Position numbers and translations under genes: made by a program. From Vibrio cortegadensis (GTDB taxonomy: Bacteria > Pseudomonadota > Gammaproteobacteria > Enterobacterales > Vibrionaceae), in the NCBI RefSeq assembly GCF_024347395.1, contig NZ_AP025472.1, forward strand, positions 1,564,465 to 1,604,464: a stretch of DNA of 40,000 bases. Direction: 5' to 3'. Position 1 is the stretch's first letter; every line of letters starts with the position of its first letter. Of the stretch, positions 32,321-40,000 are shown piece by piece. The notes beneath the pieces were generated by a model. The model was not told the origin of the DNA and ran no database searches. It worked only from the letters and a program-made list of their open reading frames with translations.

Positions 32321-33340
32321 TTACACCTTGTAAAAATCAAACCCTGTCGGCATGGATGAATATTGAAAACTCATTTGCATGGCTTCAAGCTGTGCCGCCG
32401 ATGGGATATGGTCAACGGGATATTGGAACACCTTATAATCGCTGCCATGCTCGGTGATGGTTTGCACATGATAGCCAGATGCCAACATATGACGCGCCAT
32501 GCCAAACGGCGCATGAATTGCGTTGTGGTTAAAGCGAATCAAGCCCGCGCCCAAATCTTCAAAACCTATGGGTTTCATACAATCGGTCGCTTGGTAGTAT
32601 GGCGGCGCATGAGTAAATTCAAGCTTGGCAAGGTCGGCATCATCTGCCACAAACCCACACACGCCACGTTGAAGCCCAACAATGCCGGAATTTCTGACTT
32701 CCAAATACAACGCAACGTATGACGGTTGTTCAACCTGTACATTATTTTTCAGCGCACCAGAATCACAAGTCACAAAGCCGTCACCCGCAAAATCGGTGTG
32801 AATTTTTGAAGCTACTTTGTCGCCTAGCGTATGGCTGCCATCTTCACTCATGTGAATGAATCGAAAACCCACTTCCACCTCCGCGCCCGCCAATGCCATG
32901 ACATTGAACGCCGCACGAACAGACTTGCTTTCATCATTTTGTGGTGCGACCGGACGCAACACTTGATACATGGTGAAACCTTGGCACATGATTTGTGCAA
33001 AGTGCCGATTGGGTAACGTGTTGAGGTAATAATTACCCACACGGGACACGGGCGCGGTAATGCCCGCACCTGGTTGAACTTGAATTGCCCAACCATGCGC
33101 CAACATGAATTCAGCGCGCCCACCTAATGAGGTGACATTTAATGAAAATGGACGGTCAGAGCGTGATTGCGTGGTGACAAAACCACGGGCGCACATGCCA
33201 TGAAAATGACCGTTATCAATGAGGTTTGTGACTGCACCACCTGCCAACTTGCCCAACTCTTCGGCAAGGTATTCAATTTTGTTTCGGCTACTGCCATGCG
33301 GCAAATTTTTAAAAATTTCGTTCATGGGGTAAAGCTCCAT
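32321..33340 (-). CDS. Putative vertex/spike (receptor-binding) protein
   Basis: 339 aa, similar in size and position to the PM2 spike protein P1. There is no motif-level support. Confidence 0.35.
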   Translation of the reverse strand: MELYPMNEIFKNLPHGSSRNKIEYLAEELGKLAGGAVTNLIDNGHFHGMCARGFVTTQSRSDRPFSLNVTSLGGRAEFMLAHGWAIQVQPGAGITAPVSRVGNYYLNTLPNRHFAQIMCQGFTMYQVLRPVAPQNDESKSVRAAFNVMALAGAEVEVGFRFIHMSEDGSHTLGDKVASKIHTDFAGDGFVTCDSGALKNNVQVEQPSYVALYLEVRNSGIVGLQRGVCGFVADDADLAKLEFTHAPPYYQATDCMKPIGFEDLGAGLIRFNHNAIHAPFGMARHMLASGYHVQTITEHGSDYKVFQYPVDHIPSAAQLEAMQMSFQYSSMPTGFDFYKV

Positions 33341-33350
33341 AATTTGAGTG

Positions 33351-34010
33351 TTAAGACTCTAAGATAAATACGCGGTCAGTTGCAGCGCCCGTGAGTGCAA
33401 TGAGTGCGGAAGATTCAATATCAATCCGCTCACCCGCACTAAGTGGGTAAGCATTGTTAATCAACACATCACCTGTATTGGCGGTTGCTGCCTTGATGGT
33501 CACTTTGAAACGTGATGAATCAAAAGGAAGTTCAACGGGCAATGCTGAATCTTGTGCATTGATGCTTTTACTTCTCTTGAGTACCACAGGCGTTCGCTGT
33601 GAGACTTTAATCACTTGGTCGGGCGCAATTTCAACGGGCGGTAATGTTTCAAGGCTAACGGTTTGACCTGCTGCAATTTCCACCGCAGGAAGTGAATCAA
33701 TCGACGCGGTTAAGTGTTGGTTTTCTGCAATCACCATTGCGGGCATCACGCTTACTTCAAGCTGTTGCCCTTCCATTGGTGGCGTAAAATCTCCCACGCC
33801 ATGCTCAAACACCAAGCGACCAACGCCCGTGATGAAAATGCGCCCAAAGCGACTACCTGTGTTTTTATACAGTGATTTTTGCGTAAGCGTAAAAACCGCA
33901 CCTGTGGACTCAATTTCAATCTGAATTTTGCCCGTGGATAACTCCACAAACAGCCATTCAGAATCAAGCGTGACAGGGATTTTTTGTCCTTCAATAAGGT
34001 TCAATTCCAT
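33351..34010 (-). CDS. Putative structural protein
   Basis: 219 aa with a beta-rich composition. Its start overlaps the upstream stop by 1 nt. Confidence 0.35.
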   Translation of the reverse strand: MELNLIEGQKIPVTLDSEWLFVELSTGKIQIEIESTGAVFTLTQKSLYKNTGSRFGRIFITGVGRLVFEHGVGDFTPPMEGQQLEVSVMPAMVIAENQHLTASIDSLPAVEIAAGQTVSLETLPPVEIAPDQVIKVSQRTPVVLKRSKSINAQDSALPVELPFDSSRFKVTIKAATANTGDVLINNAYPLSAGERIDIESSALIALTGAATDRVFILES

Positions 34011-34426
34011 TACTTAACCGCCTTATAAGTGACAAAACCCAACACGGCAGCAACGAACATCATTAAGTACAAATTCATTGAATTTTGCTTACTTTGCCCG
34101 CCGTCCTTATTGAATTTGGCAAGCTCCATCATCGCGTTAATGTTTTTTGTGTTTTGCGTGGCTTGATTACCCGCAAGCCCTGCCATCATTTGCAAATTTT
34201 CACTGTTGCTTGAGCTGTATTCCTCCAACACACCGGAGGCAAAATCTGTGTTGATTTCGTGCATGTTTTCGGCGGCTTGAATTGCGCCGTGGTCGGTAGC
34301 GGTCACATTGATAGTGGAGTCATTGACTCCACTAATCGCCGTCCCTAAGTTGTCACCACTAATGGCATTTTGACCGCTAACGTTAGTGGTTTGGGTTTTG
34401 TTACTGGATTTGGATTTTCCACCCAT
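34010..34426 (-). CDS. C-terminally anchored virion membrane protein candidate
   Basis: 138 aa, Ser/Asn/Gly/Gln-rich, with C-terminal TM LYLMMFVAAVLGFVTY. Confidence 0.45.
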   Translation of the reverse strand: MGGKSKSSNKTQTTNVSGQNAISGDNLGTAISGVNDSTINVTATDHGAIQAAENMHEINTDFASGVLEEYSSSNSENLQMMAGLAGNQATQNTKNINAMMELAKFNKDGGQSKQNSMNLYLMMFVAAVLGFVTYKAVK

Positions 34427-34428
34427 GA

Positions 34429-34800
34429 TTACACCTTCATTTCCATGTGGGTTACGTCACCACATGCGTGTTCTTCGGTACTCAGGCGGCGACACAATCG
34501 CGCCACCAATGGAAAATAGGTTTCTGCTGAAATAGACGATAATCCCGCGCTTTTTACGTAGGCTTTCAACTCTCGCATTGCCGGAATAACGCCGCGTCCA
34601 GAAACGCCCCAAAGAAAGTAAGAATGACCGATAATCTCACCCGCCACCGTGACACGGTAACTATCATCAGATAACTCATAAAGGCTTACGCGCCCTGCGT
34701 TCACCTCATGTTTGAGTTTTTCAAATTCAGCCGGACAAGCTCGAAATGCTACTTTCAACCGCGCCAATGCGCGGGGACTATCAGAAACCAATTCAATCAT
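34429..34800 (-). CDS. Hypothetical phage protein
   Basis: 123-aa soluble protein with an ATGA overlap on the upstream gene. Confidence 0.4.
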   Translation of the reverse strand: MIELVSDSPRALARLKVAFRACPAEFEKLKHEVNAGRVSLYELSDDSYRVTVAGEIIGHSYFLWGVSGRGVIPAMRELKAYVKSAGLSSISAETYFPLVARLCRRLSTEEHACGDVTHMEMKV

Positions 34801-34991
34801 CTTTTAAGTGCCACCAAGGCAATCACTGCCACTATGCTCAATAACAGCCAAGGCTTTGCGCCTTTTGAGCCTCCCATACTAATCCCGCCCACGCTTTGCC
34901 CTGCGTTGGTGGTATTGGCGGCGGTCGATGGTCCCGCAGAACCACCCGTGAAACCGCCACCCCCTGTTAAACTGGTTAAACTGCCTAACAT
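34797..34991 (-). CDS. Gly-rich small membrane protein
   Basis: 64 aa with a Gly-rich N-terminus and C-terminal TM WLLLSIVAVIALVAL. It resembles the small internal-membrane proteins of PM2-type viruses. Confidence 0.45.
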   Translation of the reverse strand: MLGSLTSLTGGGGFTGGSAGPSTAANTTNAGQSVGGISMGGSKGAKPWLLLSIVAVIALVALKR

Positions 34992-35000
34992 TCGTCCCCC

Positions 35001-35135
35001 TTAAAAGAACTTGAGCATGGCAAGAATCGCCACCAATAGCGCCGCGAACCATAAGAGGTTTTTGGCGCCATCACTGAGACTAAACCCGACCCATACACCA
35101 GTAAGCGCAACCACCGGATAAACAATCAATGGCAT
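35001..35135 (-). CDS. 44-aa two-helix membrane peptide (not in the ORF track)
   Basis: My translation is MPLIVYPVVALTGVWVGFSLSDGAKNLLWFAALLVAILAMLKFF. It fills the gap between flanking genes exactly. Confidence 0.4.
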   Translation of the reverse strand: MPLIVYPVVALTGVWVGFSLSDGAKNLLWFAALLVAILAMLKFF

Positions 35136-35136
35136 G

Positions 35137-35478
35137 TTATTTCCCCTTCACTGCGAAATAGACCGCGCCCGCCAATACCAAGAACCCGCCACCAATGGCT
35201 AAATACATGCCGTAGTTATTCGGCGATTGGCGATAAACCACATCGCCATTAGGTTGTTGGTAATCGTTGCCGTCCCCACGGTGTGCGCTTGGGTTCGCTG
35301 AGTTAGATTGTTGCGCGTCTTCGTTGAGTTTGTTGGTGATAAGGTCGGGCGCAATGTCCCCGACTAAATCCACCGCACCACCAATGAGTTCACCGCCACT
35401 TTCTAAGATGCTTTCCCACCACGAACTTGACGAGGACTCGTTAAAAATATCCATATCGGTTTCCTTTGGTACTGGCAT
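35137..35478 (-). CDS. Small virion membrane protein candidate
   Basis: 113 aa with C-terminal TM MYLAIGGGFLVLAGAVYFAV. Confidence 0.45.
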   Translation of the reverse strand: MPVPKETDMDIFNESSSSSWWESILESGGELIGGAVDLVGDIAPDLITNKLNEDAQQSNSANPSAHRGDGNDYQQPNGDVVYRQSPNNYGMYLAIGGGFLVLAGAVYFAVKGK

Positions 35479-35486
35479 GACGCCCC

Positions 35487-36320
35487 TTACTTGGCTTGTG
35501 GTGAGATTTCGCCAACTTGCTCAATGGCTTCGATAATCACAGGCACGCTTCCCGCGCTTGCTTTCTCTAATTCAAATTGCAGTTGTTTAGCGGCATTGGT
35601 AGAAAGGCGACCTTCAACACCAAAACCAGTACGAACAAAATCAAGCGTGAACCATCCCGCGTTTTGCTCTAAACCCGCCACGGCAAGGTCAAAAGCGTTA
35701 TCTGCTTTAGATACGTTGATTTCTTCACGCTCGTCACGCATGACACGAACACGGTCAATCGTGTCGTCTTTGAAGTGAATACGTTTGATTGAAAGGAACG
35801 GTGAACGCTCGGCAAAATCGAACGGAGTGCGACCGGACGCCGCCGCGTACCACGTTAATGAATACAGACGCGGCAAATAAATGCGGCGAGATTGGGCGGC
35901 GGTTGTGTGGGCGCGTGCTTTGATTGATGGCGCGGCTTGGTCGGCTTTGGCTTTAAGCTGAATGTAAAGCATCCAGATTTCACCCTGTAGCGTCACCAGT
36001 TCACCCGTGCGAACACCCGCCTTTGTGCGAAGCGTTAGATCAGCAAATGGGATGATGTAGCGCCCTTTTTGCGTGAACTGTTTGCGGTGCTCTTGAAAGT
36101 CCACCAAATCTTGACCTGTCACACCAATGATTTCTTTACCGTTTAACTTGAGCGTGACGCGCTCAATGTCTGCTGGGTCAAGAATGTCAGTGACTAATTC
36201 AATGTTTTGGTAAGTGGGACCCGTTACCACGCGCAATGTTGCCTGATTACCCCAGTTAACACCTTCAACCGGGTCTAACTCACGTGGGCGTGGGTTAAAT
36301 GGTGTGTTCATCATTTCCAT
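35487..36320 (-). CDS. Major capsid protein, PM2 P2-like (double jelly-roll lineage)
   Basis: ~277 aa from MEMMNTPF. Blocks resemble PM2 P2 as I remember it: PTYQNIELVTDILDPADIERVTLKLNGKEI versus QTYEVIDLRYSGVTPSQIKNVRVELDGRLL, FTLDFVRTGF versus YTIDFMLEGD, and a similar C-terminal LQFELEK...IIEAIEQVG. The size matches. Confidence 0.65.
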   Translation of the reverse strand: MEMMNTPFNPRPRELDPVEGVNWGNQATLRVVTGPTYQNIELVTDILDPADIERVTLKLNGKEIIGVTGQDLVDFQEHRKQFTQKGRYIIPFADLTLRTKAGVRTGELVTLQGEIWMLYIQLKAKADQAAPSIKARAHTTAAQSRRIYLPRLYSLTWYAAASGRTPFDFAERSPFLSIKRIHFKDDTIDRVRVMRDEREEINVSKADNAFDLAVAGLEQNAGWFTLDFVRTGFGVEGRLSTNAAKQLQFELEKASAGSVPVIIEAIEQVGEISPQAK

Positions 36321-36457
36321 TAGAACCACCCCTTATCACCATTAATCGTGTCTTTTACAGCGCCTAACGCTGACACGTTGTTAATAAGGGCAAGAATGCC
36401 AACCGTAAGCAATACCGTAGTGCCTAGGGGAATAAGCGTGCTTTTATTTAGTTTCAT
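36320..36457 (-). CDS. 45-aa membrane peptide, first gene of the structural operon (not in the ORF track)
   Basis: My translation is MKLNKSTLIPLGTTVLLTVGILALINNVSALGAVKDTINGDKGWF. It has a GGAAAGG RBS and a TAATG overlap with the capsid gene start. Confidence 0.4.
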   Translation of the reverse strand: MKLNKSTLIPLGTTVLLTVGILALINNVSALGAVKDTINGDKGWF

Positions 36458-36541
36458 AAACCTTTCCAGTTTGTGAGTGAATAAATCATTCAATAGAGAG
36501 GCTTTAAGGTTGGCGATTTTGAGGAAATTAAACAGAGGGAG

Positions 36542-36576
36542 TAACCTAATAGGTTAAGGCTTTAACCTATTAGGTA
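36542..36576. promoter_or_regulatory. Twin palindromic operator-like sites
   Basis: TAACCTAATAGGTTA (36542-36556; AACCTA-A-TAGGTT is a perfect dyad) and TAACCTATTAGGTA (36563-36576). The centres are 21 bp apart. They lie in the 200-bp gap between the structural operon and a divergent small ORF. Confidence 0.55.
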
Positions 36577-36659
36577 AAGAGGATAGAAACGAACGATTGC
36601 TTTTATATTTCTTGTTTGCGATATACAATACGCAAAACCATAAAACAGCGTAGATATGC

Positions 36660-36944
36660 ATGTCTGACCTAAAGTTTTCTCCCACTAAATTGTTTAACCT
36701 AGCATCGAAAAAAATTAATGATTACCTTGATGAAGCACTTGAGAATGAAAGAATTAAGCAAGAAAACCATCCACAGCGGCTTGAAGAAATAAGAATTGAA
36801 GGCGAATTTCGACGCAAGCAGCAAGCAGAACGACACAAACAAAAAATAGCAAAAATACTCAGAGAGACTCCTCAGGTTTCCCCAGAAGACCAAGCCATAT
36901 ATGATGACTTTGTTCGAAAATTGGAAAAGGAAGGGAAAATGTAG
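36660..36944 (+). CDS. Charged coiled-coil hypothetical protein on the opposite strand (regulator or moron)
   Basis: 94 aa, Lys/Glu/Arg-rich and AT-rich compared with the surrounding prophage. It is the only plus-strand gene inside the minus-strand train. Confidence 0.4.
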   Translation: MSDLKFSPTKLFNLASKKINDYLDEALENERIKQENHPQRLEEIRIEGEFRRKQQAERHKQKIAKILRETPQVSPEDQAIYDDFVRKLEKEGKM

Positions 36945-36973
36945 GCGACAAGCTATTTTATCGCCTAATAACA

Positions 36974-37699
36974 CTAGTTAAGACAGTTGATTTCGCCGCG
37001 TTTAACATTACCAATGCCATCACAAAACATCAGATATTGGGCAATGCCTTGGTTAGTTTTGGCGGTTTTAAGGCTTGCCAGTTCGTTGACATCATGGCTT
37101 TTTTGGTCGGCGATGTAGTTTGCATCTGCCATGCTTGCCAAGCCACCCACCCACCATGTAGGTGATTGACTGCTGACGGTTTTCGGCACTTCCTGCGTGC
37201 GTTGGAATGTGGAATGGATAATCAAACCAAATTGACGCCCACCGCGCCACAGTTCGCCCGATTTGCCTTTTAGCTTGCCCGTGGTTTCAACTGTACTGGC
37301 TAACTCTTCAATCCCAACGTAAAGCGGCGGTTTCTGTCCATCGCCACAACTCCAGACAATCGCCGCAAAGGTTTCAAGGTTCACGCCGTTTGCTTCCTTA
37401 ACCAACGCCAGTTTAAACCCTGTTTTCTTACTGCGTGCCGCCACCAAAGCGCGGGCGAACGGGGCAAACTCAGTAAACATTTTGACTTGCTGCCCTTGGA
37501 ACTTCTTACCCGCATAATTTTGGTATGGGTCAAAAAATACCGCTTGGCTTTTCTTGGGTATCAAGCCCAATTTTTTCACGGCGGTGGTCTTCCCGCTGCC
37601 CGTAGTACCGATATAAACGCAATGCTCGGCATCCAGTGCCGGATTGCTGTTAATCGGCATAGGCAATCTAAGCGGCGGCTGTTTCGCTTTCTTTGCCAT
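36974..37699 (-). CDS. P-loop genome-packaging ATPase (PM2 P9 / FtsK-HerA-type)
   Basis: 241 aa with Walker A GTTGSGKTT and a Walker B-like LYVGIEELA. Size and position are typical of membrane-containing tailless phages. Confidence 0.65.
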   Translation of the reverse strand: MAKKAKQPPLRLPMPINSNPALDAEHCVYIGTTGSGKTTAVKKLGLIPKKSQAVFFDPYQNYAGKKFQGQQVKMFTEFAPFARALVAARSKKTGFKLALVKEANGVNLETFAAIVWSCGDGQKPPLYVGIEELASTVETTGKLKGKSGELWRGGRQFGLIIHSTFQRTQEVPKTVSSQSPTWWVGGLASMADANYIADQKSHDVNELASLKTAKTNQGIAQYLMFCDGIGNVKRGEINCLN

Positions 37700-38180
37700 C
37701 GTTCGCCGCCTCCGCTTGCGCTTTCATCAGTTGTTCAGTTTGCAGACGCTTAATGATGTTAATGCTTGAGTAACCAAGCCCCACCGTTGCCACGCCAAAC
37801 ATGATCTCTTCTTTGTAAGCATCAAACCATTTCAGCCACGTTAAACCGTACTTACCAATCAAGGGCGCGCACGCTTCAAGGAATTTAGCGCGGGCGGTTT
37901 CATCAAAGGCAAAATCCACACCGGACGCACCCGAAATGTATTGCTCAGACATGAACAGACCCATATCAACAAAGCCCACGGCGGCGCTTGGGTCGAGTGC
38001 TTCGGGTTGGTCTTCTAATTCCGTTTCGGGTTCATCTGGCGCGCCACTTTCCACCGTATCGATGGCGTCTAAATCGGCAAACGCTTGGTTAAAATCTTGT
38101 GCCATTGGTGCGGTTTGGTTGTCGGCTTGATGTTCGGTTTCAAGCTCGGTGTTTTCTGGTTTATCCATGTGCGGGTACAT
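37668..38180 (-). CDS. Acidic hypothetical protein
   Basis: 170 aa with a strongly acidic N-terminal half (DAIDTVESGAPDEPETELEDQPEALD). It overlaps both neighbours. Confidence 0.4.
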   Translation of the reverse strand: MYPHMDKPENTELETEHQADNQTAPMAQDFNQAFADLDAIDTVESGAPDEPETELEDQPEALDPSAAVGFVDMGLFMSEQYISGASGVDFAFDETARAKFLEACAPLIGKYGLTWLKWFDAYKEEIMFGVATVGLGYSSINIIKRLQTEQLMKAQAEAANDGKESETAAA

Positions 38181-38610
38181 CCTTTTTATTCAGCATAAAG
38201 AAAAGCACTATCAGCGCAAACAGCGCCAATAGGTACGGTTTAGCCGTTTCAAGCCTTGTTTTACTTGGCTTGGGCGGCGTTTCGGGTTCAATTGGTGGTT
38301 TGGCTTCCGCGGGTACAACAGGCGGCTTACTTGGCGTTACAGTGTCGCGTTTAACTGGCTCCATTGGCTCAATTTCTGCCTTGGTCGGTTTCATGTTGGC
38401 GTTGATGTAGCTTTGGAATGTTTCGCCTTTGCCTTGCTGAAAGCCGCAGCATGGACAGTTGTAATATAAACGCCCTGTATTGCGTTTATTCTTGGGTGGC
38501 GTGCCGTCGGTAATGATTCGGTGTTCACCGACTGCGTGAACCGTGGCAACCGCGCCACAGTCCGGCATATGACAGCGAACAAACCCTTTAATTGGATTCT
38601 TACTCGCCAT
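38161..38610 (-). CDS. Zinc-ribbon protein with a Pro-rich linker and C-terminal TM
   Basis: Start at MASKNPIKGF (TAATG overlap). It has CHMPDC...CPCC four-Cys ribbon, the linker PSKPPVVPAEAKPPIEPETPPKPSK, and TM PYLLALFALIVLFFML. Confidence 0.5.
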   Translation of the reverse strand: MASKNPIKGFVRCHMPDCGAVATVHAVGEHRIITDGTPPKNKRNTGRLYYNCPCCGFQQGKGETFQSYINANMKPTKAEIEPMEPVKRDTVTPSKPPVVPAEAKPPIEPETPPKPSKTRLETAKPYLLALFALIVLFFMLNKKDVPAHG

Positions 38611-38780
38611 TAAATACCCCCATCCAATTGACGTTCGAGCGTTGCCATGCGTTCGTTGGTTAACTTCATCCAAACCAAAAAGAGGCGAAGTGGTGCCATG
38701 AGTTTGCTTGCAAAGGGATTCTTTGAGGCTTTTTGTACTTCCTGCTCTAATTCGTCAGTGATGTGTTGTGCTTTTTCCAT
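38610..38780 (-). CDS. Small hypothetical protein
   Basis: 56 aa from MEKAQHITDEL (AAGGA RBS), chosen because the longer ORF would overlap the Rep 3' end. Confidence 0.35.
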   Translation of the reverse strand: MEKAQHITDELEQEVQKASKNPFASKLMAPLRLFLVWMKLTNERMATLERQLDGGI

Positions 38781-38845
38781 GTGTTCATTTTCCTTTTTTC
38801 TAGCCAATGAGTGATGTTTTCCCCTGCAAGCAACCCCAAACGGGA

Positions 38846-40000
38846 TTAATTTATTCTCAATCGACCGTTGTTCAGCTTGAGCGTGCAATATTGGTCGATT
38901 GGGACGGACGCGCCATTTTTTAACGGCTTAATCAGTGCAGTAACTCCTTTGATGCTCCATCCGGTGAGCTTTCTTAATTCAATAATTAAGGGTGAGTTAC
39001 ACTTATTTTCAGTGCTCCAAGGGGAGCCGCTCCGCGACTCTAAAAGCCGTGGCAAGTCTTTCGTTTTTACTAAGCTGTAGCACTCGCTTGCTGTTTCGAT
39101 AACCGAACCAAGCCAAGAAAAACCAATAATTTTACGAACGGTTTCACCGTATTGATTTTCGTTGTTTTGATATTCAAGTTTTGCACTACTGGCAAGTTGA
39201 CAAAATAACGCCCACTTGGAGGAATCCGCCGCTTGGCGTAATGCTTCCAATTTGGGGTCGTTGCATGTTTGTTCTTCGGTGGTTTTTCGCAGGGCGCGCC
39301 ATAATGAAACAGGTTCACCACCAAATTGCTGAAACTGGCGAATACGGTGAACCGATGCCCACGCCCGAACCTTAAACGCGCTTTCTTCGGCTTCGGTTTC
39401 TGGCATGTGCTTACCATTGATATTTTTAGATACATACTTGGCAATGTATGCCGTAGCGCCGCCCTTGCTTGGGTCGGATTCCGTCACATCAAAGCGCGGC
39501 GAGGTATCATTGCCCAACTCTTCACGGTCTTCATAAATGGCTTCACTGCGTAGTGTGCTAATCACAAATTGCTTGTCACTTGGGTGGCAAAACAAAAAAT
39601 AGTGGCTGTGGCTTGTGCCATCCTTGTGAGGTTCAGCAACACGAAAACCGAAGTAATCCACCTCTTTTTTAGCCAGTTTGGCGCGGGCAACTGCCCATTT
39701 AGCCATTGATGCAGTGTGTCCTTCTTTGACGCTTGCGCCATTCCAACGGTGTGACACTCGGTGATATTTACTCGGCAACGTCCATGTGATGAAAAGTGCG
39801 GTAAAGCCTAACTCTTCCGCCAACTCTTCAAACCCTCTTGAGCGCACCATCATTTCAATGCGGCGATTTTCGGGATTAGAAACGGTACGCTTGGCAACCT
39901 CTTCAAGTTTGAAATTCTCGCCCGTTTCTTCATTGAACACGCTCATGGACTGCATGAACTGTTGTGATTCTTGCTGCTTACGTTTCCAATTTAAAAAGGA
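38846..40000 (-). CDS. Rolling-circle replication endonuclease, P2 gpA / PM2 P12-like (5' end probably outside the window)
   Basis: HUH-type motif RVAEPHKDGTSHSHYFLF and catalytic Tyr motif ATAYIAKYVSKNINGKH, as in P2 gpA from memory. The frame stays open from 39955 to the window edge (..SFLNWKRKQQESQQF-MQSM..). Confidence 0.8.
   Translation of the reverse strand, partial: SFLNWKRKQQESQQFMQSMSVFNEETGENFKLEEVAKRTVSNPENRRIEMMVRSRGFEELAEELGFTALFITWTLPSKYHRVSHRWNGASVKEGHTASMAKWAVARAKLAKKEVDYFGFRVAEPHKDGTSHSHYFLFCHPSDKQFVISTLRSEAIYEDREELGNDTSPRFDVTESDPSKGGATAYIAKYVSKNINGKHMPETEAEESAFKVRAWASVHRIRQFQQFGGEPVSLWRALRKTTEEQTCNDPKLEALRQAADSSKWALFCQLASSAKLEYQNNENQYGETVRKIIGFSWLGSVIETASECYSLVKTKDLPRLLESRSGSPWSTENKCNSPLIIELRKLTGWSIKGVTALIKPLKNGASVPIDQYCTLKLNNGRLRIN

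Larger units (their letters stand above)
31463..40000. mobile_element. PM2-like (corticovirus-type) tailless dsDNA prophage, right end outside the window
   Basis: A co-linear minus-strand gene train with 1-4 nt overlaps. It comprises a gpA-like Rep, a Zn-ribbon protein, a P-loop ATPase, a PM2 P2-like capsid protein, at least six tiny membrane proteins, vertex-size proteins and a lysis cassette. G+C is higher than in the flanks. The left limit could be as far as site B (29532). Confidence 0.7.

Noticed and set aside
34708-35004. 98-aa Pro-rich plus-strand ORF (similar plus-strand ORFs at 32363-32722, 35267-35536, 35491-35778, 37487-37753, 37936-38130 and 38099-38410)
   Set aside because: All are antisense to the tightly packed minus-strand prophage genes in comparatively G+C-rich DNA, which is a typical source of shadow ORFs.
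1-40000. Searched for CRISPR arrays, tRNA/rRNA genes, IS-element inverted repeats with transposase, and tyrosine/serine integrases
   Set aside because: I saw no regularly spaced direct repeats, no cloverleaf-type or rRNA-like sequences, and no transposase-like or integrase-like ORFs. The absence of an integrase is itself used as support for Xer-dependent integration.

Overview
The window looks like a Vibrionaceae chromosome, judged from protein similarity, low G+C and gene order. It has two very different halves.

**1-19.3 kb: ordinary conserved core.** Genes are potCBA, a membrane protein, a Bax-like lipoprotein, ttcA, uspE, fnr, the ccoNOQP / ccoH-ccoI-ccoS cbb3 oxidase cluster, and a FIST plus hybrid histidine kinase pair.

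**19.5 kb to the window end: stacked mobile DNA with no integrase gene.** It appears to sit on the chromosome dimer-resolution (dif) site.

1. A canonical 28-bp dif-like XerC/XerD site lies at 19512-19539.
2. A complete filamentous (inovirus) prophage follows at about 19.5-26.3 kb. It has a repressor, a Rep_trans replication protein, a major coat protein, pIII/pVI-like proteins and a Zot-like protein.
3. Next comes a G+C-richer, ORF-free structured segment, then an AT-rich cargo block. The cargo holds an exported coiled-coil protein, a lambda RexA/RexB-like abortive-infection pair, and an HTH/DUF3653 (XafT-like) gene.
4. A second dif-like site with a 7-nt spacer lies at 29504-29532. It shares 16 nt with the first site.
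5. To its right are a second, divergent XafT-like gene and a terminator-insulated single gene. That gene encodes a DUF4062 (TIR-like) N-terminal domain, and its C-terminus (PPPPPSSDFDDDIPF) matches the SSB C-terminal protein-docking tip exactly.
6. A PM2-like (corticovirus-type) prophage runs off the right edge. It has a double-jelly-roll-type capsid protein, a packaging ATPase, many small membrane proteins, a lysis cassette and a P2 gpA-like rolling-circle Rep.

**Best candidates for something new:** the DUF4062 protein with the SSB-tail mimic; the Rex-like module carried as Xer-element cargo; and the pair of XafT-like genes flanking a dif-type site.

All calls come from reading the sequence and the ORF track by eye. 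Homology statements rest on remembered family features and need HMM/BLAST confirmation.
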